Source: Micavibrio sp. UBA2400 (GTDB lineage Bacteria; Pseudomonadota; Alphaproteobacteria; UBA2400). From it: 64,000 bases of DNA. This document shows, piece after piece, positions 39,820-47,925 of the stretch. Every line of letters begins with the position of its first letter. The first letter of the stretch is position 1. Both the position numbers and the translations under genes were made by a program. The stretch spans positions 5,614-69,613 of the forward strand of contig DDSC01000031.1 of the NCBI GenBank assembly GCA_002343265.1. Reading direction: 5' to 3'. A model generated the notes under the pieces. That model searched no databases, was not told where the DNA came from, and saw only the letters and a program-made list of their open reading frames with translations.

Positions 39820-40599
39820 ATGTCGGCAGCCGCCGAATTGCTTGATCAACCGGGTGTGCAAGACCTCGCGACGTTCAGTCTGCGTGGTCAGAGCATGACC
39901 ATGATGGTGCTCAAGCTCTATGATGCCGCAGATCCGGATCTATTTGCTCAGATCAGTGCCAAGATCGGACAAGCGCCCAGTTTTTTCCGCCACGCGCCGA
40001 TTGTCCTTGATGTAACCGAGTGCCCCGGTGCCTCGATTAATTTTGCCACTCTCATACCCGGACTCAAAAAACTTGGCCTTATTCCCGTGGGTATTCAAGG
40101 CGGTCCGGTTGATGTGCAGAGTGCGGCGGCCAGCGCCGGCCTTGGTGTTTTTCGCGCTGGGCGCTCGCAGCAGGCGAGCCAGAGTGATCTGCAGGTGCCA
40201 ACCTCGGATCGCGCACCTGCGTCTGCTCCAATGGCGGCGAATGAGGACAGCTACACGCCCACCATGATTATTACCGAGCCCGTGCGCTCAGGGCGCCAGA
40301 TTTATGCCCCGCGCGGTGATCTGGTCGTGATGGCACCGGTCAGTGCCGGGGCTGAATTACTCGCTGATGGCAGCATTCATGTTTATGGCTCGCTGCGCGG
40401 GCGGGCGTTGGCCGGCCTGTCCGGCGATACCAATGCGCGCATCTTTACCCATTCACTGGAGGCCGAGCTGATCTCGATTGCCGGGCTCTATCGCGTAGCG
40501 GAGGATATCGAGCCTGCGGCGCGGGGCAAAGCTGCCCAGATTTTTCGTGAAGGTGAGTCCTTGCGGATCAAGCCGCTGTTGGTTGGTCTGAAAGATTAG
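39820..40599 (+). CDS. minC: Septum site-determining protein MinC
   Basis: ORF 39751..40599 trimmed to the ATG at 39820 (GGAGGA SD). The C-terminal beta-helix has RSGRQIYA..GDLVV..VSAGAELLADGSIHVYG. Confidence 0.85.
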   Translation: MSAAAELLDQPGVQDLATFSLRGQSMTMMVLKLYDAADPDLFAQISAKIGQAPSFFRHAPIVLDVTECPGASINFATLIPGLKKLGLIPVGIQGGPVDVQSAAASAGLGVFRAGRSQQASQSDLQVPTSDRAPASAPMAANEDSYTPTMIITEPVRSGRQIYAPRGDLVVMAPVSAGAELLADGSIHVYGSLRGRALAGLSGDTNARIFTHSLEAELISIAGLYRVAEDIEPAARGKAAQIFREGESLRIKPLLVGLKD

Positions 40600-40625
40600 T
40601 TGGAAGAGCAGAAGGAGAGAAGGTC

Positions 40626-41441
40626 GTGGCAAAAATAATTACAGTGACATCCGGCAAGGGCGGCGTGGGCAAGACGACCTCGTCGGCGGCGATTGCGACC
40701 GGTCTGGCGATGAAAGGCCATAAGACCTGCGTGATCGACTTCGACGTCGGTCTGCGTAACCTTGACCTTATCATGGGCTGCGAACGCCGAGTGGTGTTCG
40801 ACATGGTTAATGTCATCAATGGTGAAGCCAAGCTGCATCAGGCTCTCATCAAGGACAAGCGGGTAGATAATCTCTACATCCTGCCGACCTCGCAGACCCG
40901 CGACAAGGACGCGCTCTCCAAAGAGGGTATCGAGACCATCATGGAAGAGCTCAAGAAAGACTTCGACTATGTGGTGTGCGATAGTCCGGCCGGGATTGAG
41001 CAGGGGGCGCTGATGGCGCTCTACTGGGCGGACGAGGCGATCATCGTGACCAATCCGGAAGTCTCCTCAGTACGCGATAGCGATCGTATCCTTGGCATTC
41101 TGGCCAGCAAGAGCCGTCGCGCTGAGCAGGGCCAGAGCCCGGTGAAGGAGCATCTGCTTATTACCCGCTATGATCCGACCCGCGTCGAGAAAGGCGAAAT
41201 GCTGAAGGTGGACGACGTGCTGGAGATCTTGTCGGTGCCGCTGCTGGGCGTGATCCCGGAAAGCCCGGCGGTACTGGCAGCCTCCAACGTTGGCAACCCC
41301 GTTGTGCTGAACGAGAAGAGCACAGCCGGGCAGGCCTATATGGACGCGGTGCGTCGTTTTGTGGGTGAGCGCGTGCCCCAGCGCTTCATCGAAGCGGAGA
41401 AAAAGGGCTTCTTTGACAAACTCCTGCGGAGGTCGGCATGA
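40626..41441 (+). CDS. minD: Septum site-determining ATPase MinD
   Basis: SGKGGVGKTT deviant Walker A and the C-terminal amphipathic helix KKGFFDKLLRR. Confidence 0.97.
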   Translation: MAKIITVTSGKGGVGKTTSSAAIATGLAMKGHKTCVIDFDVGLRNLDLIMGCERRVVFDMVNVINGEAKLHQALIKDKRVDNLYILPTSQTRDKDALSKEGIETIMEELKKDFDYVVCDSPAGIEQGALMALYWADEAIIVTNPEVSSVRDSDRILGILASKSRRAEQGQSPVKEHLLITRYDPTRVEKGEMLKVDDVLEILSVPLLGVIPESPAVLAASNVGNPVVLNEKSTAGQAYMDAVRRFVGERVPQRFIEAEKKGFFDKLLRRSA

Positions 41442-41821
41442 GCTTTCTCGACAAACTTCTAATTGCCGCTGGCCTTAAGGAAGAAGTCAGCACCGCGGCC
41501 ACCGCCAAGGACCGACTGATGGTGACGGTCAGTCACCAGCGTCGCCATCGCCACAGCCCGGACTACCTGCCGCTGCTGGAGAAGGAGATTCTGGCAGTCA
41601 TCTCCAAATATGTCGAAATCTCCGAGGACAAGGTCGACATCAAGTTCGACCGTGGCGATCGCATTTCGACTTTGGAAGTGAATGTCGAATTGCCATCCGA
41701 TGCCTCGATCAAGGCACGCGTGCGCAAGTTCGAGACCAGTGAGGATGTTATCGCGCCCAAGAAGGCCGAGAAAACCGCCGCGTCCGAGAAAAAGGACAAG
41801 AAGGTTGAGACAGCCGCATAA
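41438..41821 (+). CDS. minE: Cell division topological specificity factor MinE with C-terminal Lys-rich tail
   Basis: ATGA overlap with minD. The MinE core runs MSFLDKLL..AKDRLMV..YLPLLEKEILAVISKYV..LEVNVELP, followed by about 41 extra residues. Confidence 0.85.
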   Translation: MSFLDKLLIAAGLKEEVSTAATAKDRLMVTVSHQRRHRHSPDYLPLLEKEILAVISKYVEISEDKVDIKFDRGDRISTLEVNVELPSDASIKARVRKFETSEDVIAPKKAEKTAASEKKDKKVETAA

Positions 41822-41858
41822 TTTAAGGTTGTGGGTTAAAAAAATACGTTCGTCAGAG

Positions 41859-41886
41859 ACGGGGTCGGCAACGGCCCCGTTTTTTC
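41859..41886 (+). terminator. Intrinsic terminator after minE
   Basis: ACGGGG..GCCCCGU stem followed by UUUUUU. Confidence 0.65.
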
Positions 41887-41951
41887 TTTGACTTAAGTTG
41901 GCTCTCGAGTGCCTCTTTGCAATTGTATCGCAGGATGGTGCTAAAGAAGGA

Positions 41952-42626
41952 TTAGGCAGTCGCGTCAGTCAGCGTGCTGGCATACGTCTGGGCCGCGCGA
42001 GCCGCTTGGGCTGGGGAGACGGCCACAACCTCACCCGTCACCTCATTCGCAGTGACGGTACTGGAAGGTATATCCAACTGGATTCTTTTCTCCAGCAGGG
42101 CGTCGAGTTGTTTGACGAGGTCCGGCCCCAGTTTATCCGCCACACTCGGTTCTATGGGCTGGGTGTCAGGTTGATTCGTTTTTTGCTCGTCCCGCTGCTT
42201 TTGGGTACGCTCTTGCTCGGCCTTGGCTTGCTCGCGCTTTGCCAGCTGTGCATCAAGCAGGTCGGCCAGTGTCGTTGCGTTTCCATCCTCACCGCCTGAA
42301 CCGGGAACGCGCATTGGTGTCGGCGCAGCAGCAGCCTGTGCTGCTTTCTGACTGGGGTCGATCTGCTGTAATAAAGTCAGGACATCGCCAGATAGCCGTT
42401 GTGTGGGGGGGGCGGATGCGGCGAGGGGTGACTGGGTGTATTTTTGAAGGCTCTGGCTGAAGCTCTGCAGTGGGTCTTTCAGCTTTTCAAGGCGGACAAG
42501 GGCATCAATCGGTCCGCCGTCACCGGTCAGGCGGCCGCCGGCGATTGTTTGTACATCCAGCACTCTGGCGAAGCCACCGCCATAGAGACCCGGAAGCGCG
42601 CGTAGGTTCGCAGACGAGTCGGTCAT
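41952..42626 (-). CDS. Hypothetical protein (Gln/Ala-rich, central charged coiled segment)
   Basis: 224 aa. No clear SD and no recognised motif. The composition looks protein-like. Confidence 0.45.
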   Translation of the reverse strand: MTDSSANLRALPGLYGGGFARVLDVQTIAGGRLTGDGGPIDALVRLEKLKDPLQSFSQSLQKYTQSPLAASAPPTQRLSGDVLTLLQQIDPSQKAAQAAAAPTPMRVPGSGGEDGNATTLADLLDAQLAKREQAKAEQERTQKQRDEQKTNQPDTQPIEPSVADKLGPDLVKQLDALLEKRIQLDIPSSTVTANEVTGEVVAVSPAQAARAAQTYASTLTDATA

Positions 42627-42671
42627 GCTATTATCTTAACAAATCAATTGGTTGACTTCACGTAAAAAAGC

Positions 42672-42700
42672 AAAAAATCCCTCTGTTCAGAGGGATTTTT
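42672..42700. terminator. Bidirectional-looking intrinsic terminator (serves rpmJ on the minus strand)
   Basis: AAAAAATCCCTCTG-ttca-GAGGGATTTTT: a perfect hairpin flanked by A-run and T-run. Confidence 0.65.
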
Positions 42701-42731
42701 AATGTCGAAATAGTTAATAGAAGCGCGCGAA

Positions 42732-42857
42732 TTAACCCTGACGGGCCTTGTAGCGGGGGGCTACCTTATTGATGATGTAAATCTTGCCCTTGCGGCGCAC
42801 GATTTTGTTGGCCTTGTGGCGGGACTTCAGGCTCTTGAGCGATGGCGAAACTTTCAT
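42732..42857 (-). CDS. rpmJ: 50S ribosomal protein L36
   Basis: Not in the ORF track (41 aa). My minus-strand translation is [41 protein letters not shown], the Cys-less L36 type common in Alphaproteobacteria. Confidence 0.9.
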   Translation of the reverse strand: MKVSPSLKSLKSRHKANKIVRRKGKIYIINKVAPRYKARQG

Positions 42858-43004
42858 GATATCCTCGTACAAAGTAATCCGGTTTTTGTCGGTGCGCGCC
42901 TCCGACAAGGCCGGGAACCTATCCGCTTTTGCCCCCTCGCGTCAACCGAAAAAATCGGTCATTTTTGATCGAATCGAGGCAAAAATAAGCAAGATTACGT
43001 TACG

Positions 43005-44102
43005 TCAATTGCTGCGAAGAAACCGGACAGCAGCGGGCCCTTGCCGGTTGGTCCAGCAACTCGCCTCAATCTGCCCTCCTGGCTGGCCTGTCTCTCGTGT
43101 GAGGGCGTAAATGCCGCTCAGGCGGGCATAGCCGGCAAAGGGGGAGCGAGCCACGTGGAACAGGAAACCACGCTCCGCTGCGCTGGTGGCGGTTGGTGTT
43201 CCCATCAGTGTCCCATGGCTGTTCAAGCGATCCAGTTGCTCGTTCACGGCCTTATCGCATAGGGCTATGGTCTCCTCGAGGGTTGGCGGCTTGTCAAAGA
43301 AAGACGTCGCGGCAGAGAGTGAGCCTTGGTCAAGCTCAGCAGACGTCACCCATGCCAGGAAATTTTTCGAATTCTCGTCAGTGTGCTGGCAGATCAGTTC
43401 ATAAACCAGCTGACCGTTGGCAATTTGCTTTTGAGGGGGAAGTTTTTTGGAGAATTGCTCCTCCTCGGCCAGCCGCCCGCCCAGAATGGCATGGCAGTCC
43501 GCCTCTCGGCGCAAGGTGAGCCGCGCTGCTTGCATGAGATTATCCTGATAATAAGACTGTTCGTGAGGCAATTTGAGGTTCTCGGTCGCAATGGGAAGTT
43601 TCTCGGCTATCCCGCGCGCTTCGAAGATGGCGTGGACCACGGCCTCGTTGGTGCCGCCCCAGATCATGCTGATGCCGACAAAGACCAGAATGAGAGAGCG
43701 CTTGAAGGTGGCCAGATGATCGCGCGGCTCAAGCTGTGGTAGTTGTGGTAGCTCGCGGTAGAGATCCAGTGCACTGCCAGCCGTACCTGGCTGATCGGTA
43801 GTCATCAAGGCACCAGATGTGCCGCCCCCAATCGCACCAAAGGTGCCCGGCGGTGGGAGGGCAGTGCCGGGTTGATAGGCGGGCGAGGATAATGCCGTGT
43901 CCATCAGTTTTTTCTGACGCGAGCGCCAGAGCAGTTCCTTGATGAATCCGCTGGGCACAAACAGCAAAAACCATAAGGCCAGAACGCCAAAGCCCATCAG
44001 TGCTGCAAGCTCAGGGCTGACAAAGGCGACCACAAGAAACCAGGTGAAGAGGAGGACGACGACGAGAATCAGAAGTCCGAGTCCTGAGGCAAAAGGTCCC
44101 AT
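43005..44102 (-). CDS. Hypothetical membrane protein
   Basis: 365 aa with an AAGGA SD. Two N-terminal TM helices and one internal hydrophobic segment. No recognised motif. Confidence 0.55.
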   Translation of the reverse strand: MGPFASGLGLLILVVVLLFTWFLVVAFVSPELAALMGFGVLALWFLLFVPSGFIKELLWRSRQKKLMDTALSSPAYQPGTALPPPGTFGAIGGGTSGALMTTDQPGTAGSALDLYRELPQLPQLEPRDHLATFKRSLILVFVGISMIWGGTNEAVVHAIFEARGIAEKLPIATENLKLPHEQSYYQDNLMQAARLTLRREADCHAILGGRLAEEEQFSKKLPPQKQIANGQLVYELICQHTDENSKNFLAWVTSAELDQGSLSAATSFFDKPPTLEETIALCDKAVNEQLDRLNSHGTLMGTPTATSAAERGFLFHVARSPFAGYARLSGIYALTRETGQPGGQIEASCWTNRQGPAAVRFLRSN

Positions 44103-44255
44103 CCGAAATCCTTACTCAAACGTTAAGCGCGAGGAAGCGCCGATAAACCAGTGAGTCACTCCTATCTCATTTTGGGGACTTGACGACAAGGTGTGTTGGA
44201 GTATCCCGTTATGGTGTCTCCAAGACGCGATGTGTTGTGTAAGTGGTTGCCAAGA

Positions 44256-44311
44256 CCACAATATGTGGTATCTTCTGGATAATATCCACGATATTCACAG
44301 GTTGTGGATAA
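44256..44311 (+). promoter_or_regulatory. Palindromes and DnaA-box-like elements upstream of nrdA
   Basis: CCACA-ata-TGTGG (44256-44268); TGGATA-a-TATCCA (44277-44289), with centres 21 nt apart; and TTGTGGATAA (44302-44311), which is the reverse complement of the TTATCCACA DnaA-box consensus. All lie 30-85 nt upstream of the nrdA ATG. Confidence 0.35.
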
Positions 44312-44340
44312 CGCGGAACGAGACAAGAACGGAGGGGGCT

Positions 44341-46179
44341 ATGGCGAGTGATGGCGGTATGCTGGACTTGGTACAAATTGAACGTGGGCCTAGTGTGCGG
44401 ATTGACCGCAGCCGGGACGCCAAGCTAACCCAGTTCGGCAAGGATACGCTGTCCGACCGCTATCTGATGCCTGGCGAGTCCTATCAGGATATGTTTGCCC
44501 GTGTGGCCATGGCCTATGCTGACGACACGGCCCATGCCCAGCGCCTTTATGACTATATTTCCAACCTGTGGTTCATGCCCTCCACCCCGGTACTGTCCAA
44601 CGGCGGTACGGACCGCGGTCTGCCTATTTCCTGCTTCCTGAATGAGGCAGGCGACAGTCTAGATGGCATCGTCGATCTCTGGACCGAGAATGTCTGGCTG
44701 GCTGCACGCGGTGGGGGGATCGGCTCTTACTGGGGCAACCTGCGTGCAATTGGCGAACGGATTGGCAAGGTTGGCAAGACCTCCGGCGTGATGCCCTTCA
44801 TCAAGGTAATGGACTCCCAGACCCTTGCCATCTCGCAAGGCTCACTGCGCCGTGGCTCGGCGGCTGTCTATCTGCAAGTCTCGCACCCCGAGATTGAAGA
44901 ATTTATCGAAATTCGCCGCCCTACCGGTGGCGATCCCAACCGTCGTGCACTGAACCTGCATCATGGTGTTGTTATCACCGACGACTTCATGAAGGCGGTG
45001 GAGAATGATGAAGAATGGGCGCTCAAGTCGCCCAAGGATGGCCGCGTGATGAGCCGTGTCTCGGCGCGTCATCTGTGGATACGCATGCTCACCGCCCGTG
45101 TTGAAACGGGTGAGCCGTACCTGCTGTTCATCGATCATGTGAATCGCGCCATTCCCGAGCATCACAAGCTGGCCGGCCTGAATGTGAAGATGAGCAACCT
45201 GTGCTCCGAGATCACTCTGCCCACAGGCCGTGATAAGGACGGCAAGAACCGTACAGCGGTGTGTTGCTTGTCCTCGCTCAATCTTGAGACCTATCTGGAG
45301 TGGGAAAATCATCCGACCTTTATTGAGGATTGCCTGCGCTTCCTTGATAACGTCCTCTCTGATTTCATCGCCAGCGCGCCGGACAGCATGAGCCGCGCCC
45401 GGTATGCCGCCATGCGCGAGCGCTCGGTTGGCCTTGGCGTGATGGGATTCCATAGCTTCCTGCAAGGTCAGCGTATTCCGTTTGAAAGCGTCATGGCCAA
45501 GGTCTGGAACAAGCGCATGTTCAAGCACATCAAACAGGAGGCCGATAAGGCATCGGTTGTACTGGCTGATGAGCGTGGCGCCTGTCCGGATGCGGCTGAG
45601 TATGGCATCCATGAGCGCTTCTCCAACAAGATCGCCATTGCGCCCACAGCCTCCATCTCCATCATTTGCGGTGGGGCCAGCCCCGGCATCGAGCCGGTGG
45701 CGGCCAATGTGTACACGCACAAGACACTGACCGGCAGCTATCCGGTTCGCAACCCTTATCTGGCCGACGTGCTCACCGAGCATGGCCAGAACACGGAAGA
45801 GGTATGGTCGAGCATCGCCGTCAATGGTGGCTCGGTGCAGCACCTCGATTTTCTCTCGCAGGATGAGAAGGACGTATTCAAGACCGCGATCGAGCTGGAT
45901 CAGCGCTGGGTGATCGAACATGCGGCGGACCGTACCCCGTTCATCTGCCAGAGCCAGTCGCTCAACATCTTCCTGCCGGCGAACATTCACAAGCGCGACC
46001 TGCACCAGATTCATTATCTGGCGTGGAAGAAGGGCGTTAAGTCGCTCTACTACTGTCGCTCCATGTCGCTGCAACGGGCCGAGAGTGCGGAAGGCGCTGC
46101 CAAGACACAGGCTGCTGCCAACGCCAATACGCCGAAAGATAATCCCAATAACGGCGAAGAGTGTTTGGCCTGTCAGTAG
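44341..46179 (+). CDS. nrdA: Ribonucleoside-diphosphate reductase alpha subunit (short form, no ATP-cone seen)
   Basis: ORF 44191..46179 trimmed to the ATG at 44341 (GGAGGGGG SD). Motifs LPISCFLN, NLCSEITLP, CCLSSLNL, and the C-terminal Cys pair ECLACQ. Confidence 0.95.
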   Translation: MASDGGMLDLVQIERGPSVRIDRSRDAKLTQFGKDTLSDRYLMPGESYQDMFARVAMAYADDTAHAQRLYDYISNLWFMPSTPVLSNGGTDRGLPISCFLNEAGDSLDGIVDLWTENVWLAARGGGIGSYWGNLRAIGERIGKVGKTSGVMPFIKVMDSQTLAISQGSLRRGSAAVYLQVSHPEIEEFIEIRRPTGGDPNRRALNLHHGVVITDDFMKAVENDEEWALKSPKDGRVMSRVSARHLWIRMLTARVETGEPYLLFIDHVNRAIPEHHKLAGLNVKMSNLCSEITLPTGRDKDGKNRTAVCCLSSLNLETYLEWENHPTFIEDCLRFLDNVLSDFIASAPDSMSRARYAAMRERSVGLGVMGFHSFLQGQRIPFESVMAKVWNKRMFKHIKQEADKASVVLADERGACPDAAEYGIHERFSNKIAIAPTASISIICGGASPGIEPVAANVYTHKTLTGSYPVRNPYLADVLTEHGQNTEEVWSSIAVNGGSVQHLDFLSQDEKDVFKTAIELDQRWVIEHAADRTPFICQSQSLNIFLPANIHKRDLHQIHYLAWKKGVKSLYYCRSMSLQRAESAEGAAKTQAAANANTPKDNPNNGEECLACQ

Positions 46180-46240
46180 GCTAACACCCTTCCCAGTCAG
46201 CTATCTGGGCAGACGAGGCGGTTATCACCAAGGAGGGACT

Positions 46241-46618
46241 ATGTCACACATCAAACGTATGACACCACTGCGCGTGGTCGATGATCTGGTCGATGAGGGC
46301 ATGTTCTATGAGGCGTTTGGAGCCACCCGTGTGCTGGCCGATGCGCCCGATTGCGTGGGGTATAAAGCCGCCAACGATACCGCCGTGATCCTCACCAGCC
46401 GTAAACTGGCCGACAAAAACTATGGCCCCTTTATCGCCGGGAAGCTGGCCCGCAGCGGAGCACTCTATTTTCATGTGGATAACATCGACGCCGAGCTTGC
46501 CGACCTGCCCGGCGCCGCGCACATTCTCACCCGCGCGGTGGTCGATGGCGTGGAAGAAGCCGTGATCGAAACCGAGACCGGCATGGTGGTGCTGGCAGCA
46601 ACAGCTCTTAGAAGTTGA
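46241..46618 (+). CDS. Small conserved-looking protein, possibly glyoxalase/VOC-like fold
   Basis: ORF 45920..46618 trimmed to the ATG at 46241 (AAGGAGGG SD). 125 aa with host-like G+C. The fold guess comes only from a beta-alpha-beta-like pattern (YFHVDNIDAE). Confidence 0.5.
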   Translation: MSHIKRMTPLRVVDDLVDEGMFYEAFGATRVLADAPDCVGYKAANDTAVILTSRKLADKNYGPFIAGKLARSGALYFHVDNIDAELADLPGAAHILTRAVVDGVEEAVIETETGMVVLAATALRS

Positions 46619-46632
46619 ATGGGAATAATTTA

Positions 46633-47220
46633 ATGGCTATCGACCTTTTACCGAAATTCATATTAGAATCCTACGAAGTACATGAATGGAAACACGCCTG
46701 TGCCATTCTTAAGCAGGATTTCCCCAAAGAATGGAATGATATCTGTTTTGTTCTAGAAGATTTTAGACTTTTACGCAGTTGGATAACAGTTGGTGGTGGG
46801 CGGAAATCTAAAGTTTCTGAAGCTATTGATTCTTCGCTATATAGACTTGGATGGAGCGAACGTCATTTCGAGACCGAAATTGTTATTGATAAAACTGCAA
46901 TGAAATCGCCCACCCACTCGGTTGATTGCTTTAGGAATGGCGTGGCTCTAGAAATTGAGTGGAATAATAAAGATCCTTTTTACGATCGTGACCTCAATAA
47001 TTTTCGACTTCTTTTTGATCTTAGGGCTGTGAGTGTCGGTGTGATAATCACTAGATCTGATGAATTGCAGAGTATTTTTGATGATTTAGGGCGTGGTCAA
47101 AGTTATGGAGCCTCTACGACTCATATGAAAAAACTACTTCCAAGAATTAGTGGGGGTGGTGGGGGCGGATGTCCTCTGCTAGTCTTTGGAATTACAAAAA
47201 AGCTATACATAGAAGACTAG
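46633..47220 (+). CDS. Type II restriction endonuclease, BglII/BamHI-fold candidate
   Basis: ORF 46615..47220; ATG at 46633. HSVDCFRNGVALEIEWNNKDPFYDRDLNNF..VSVGVIITR parallels BglII DIDFGKRDTLVEVQFSNYPF..VAIIITK (recalled sequence). Adjacent to a DNA methyltransferase. Confidence 0.55.
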   Translation: MAIDLLPKFILESYEVHEWKHACAILKQDFPKEWNDICFVLEDFRLLRSWITVGGGRKSKVSEAIDSSLYRLGWSERHFETEIVIDKTAMKSPTHSVDCFRNGVALEIEWNNKDPFYDRDLNNFRLLFDLRAVSVGVIITRSDELQSIFDDLGRGQSYGASTTHMKKLLPRISGGGGGGCPLLVFGITKKLYIED

Positions 47221-47234
47221 AAGGAGTGCTTTGA

Positions 47235-47894
47235 ATGATTCCCCATCTTTCTGCTGCGGAAGATCTTGCTCAGTCATTTGGACGTAAGAAATTCAAAACT
47301 ATTCTAGCCGATCCGCCGTGGCAATTCCAAAATAGGACAGGAAAGATTGCCCCAGAGCATAAGCGGCTTTCTAGATATCCGACTATGCATTTGTCTGACA
47401 TCTGCGATCTACCTGTGCCCAGTTTATTAGCAGATACTGCTCATTTATATCTTTGGGTTCCTAATGCATTGCTTCCCGAAGGACTTAAGGTTATGCAGTC
47501 GTGGGGGTTTAATTATAAAAGCAATATAGTCTGGCATAAAATTAGAAAAGATGGAGGGCCAGATGGACGTGGCGTTGGCTTTTATTTTCGAAACGTCACT
47601 GAACTTCTTCTGTTCGGAGTACGCGGAACTGGCGCTCGAACGCTCTCCCCCGGCAGAAGTCAGGTGAATTTTTTAGCAACGCAAAAGAGAGAGCATTCTA
47701 GGAAGCCAGACGAGATTTTTGATATAATACAATCATGTAGTCCTGGTCCATACTTGGAGCTTTTTGCTAGAGGTGTTCGCAAGGGGTGGGACGTATGGGG
47801 AAACCAAGCAACCGAAAGCTATTACCCTGATTGGGAGACTTATTCGAACCATTCAATGTCCGAACAACGTAATGGTGATAGAGTACGAGCGTGA
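47235..47894 (+). CDS. MT-A70-family N6-adenine DNA methyltransferase
   Basis: Catalytic ILADPPWQF (DPPW) motif, the downstream LYLWV block, and HSRKPDE near the C-terminus; 219 aa. Confidence 0.8.
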   Translation: MIPHLSAAEDLAQSFGRKKFKTILADPPWQFQNRTGKIAPEHKRLSRYPTMHLSDICDLPVPSLLADTAHLYLWVPNALLPEGLKVMQSWGFNYKSNIVWHKIRKDGGPDGRGVGFYFRNVTELLLFGVRGTGARTLSPGRSQVNFLATQKREHSRKPDEIFDIIQSCSPGPYLELFARGVRKGWDVWGNQATESYYPDWETYSNHSMSEQRNGDRVRA

Positions 47895-47925
47895 TACCAG
47901 TTTAGAAAATCATAGGAGTAGAGAA

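Larger units (their letters stand above)
46619..47925 (+). other. AT-rich inserted cassette carrying a type II R-M gene pair
   Basis: G+C drops sharply. I counted 33% and 43% in the 60-nt lines starting at 46621 and 46681, against 72% in the line starting at 46501. No integrase or inverted repeats are visible. Confidence 0.6.

Noticed and set aside
44842-46074. A 410-aa ORF antisense to nrdA. Similar long antisense ORFs occur at 685..1317, 5403..5897, 11577..12506, 17191..18051, 23342..24085, 25955..26749 and 59140..59835.
   Set aside because: Each lies entirely inside a strongly supported conserved gene on the other strand. Their translations are Arg/Gly/His/Ala-rich with no motifs, as expected for open antisense frames in G+C-rich DNA.
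46241-46618. The small ORF after nrdA as NrdI (flavodoxin-like) or YfaE (2Fe-2S ferredoxin).
   Set aside because: It has no flavodoxin N-terminal signature and only one Cys, so neither family fits.
46606-47912. TTAGAA at both edges of the R-M cassette (cTTAGAAg at about 46610 and tTTAGAAa at about 47901) as a possible target-site duplication.
   Set aside because: A 6-nt match in AT-rich DNA is expected by chance, and there are no adjoining inverted repeats or recombinase genes.
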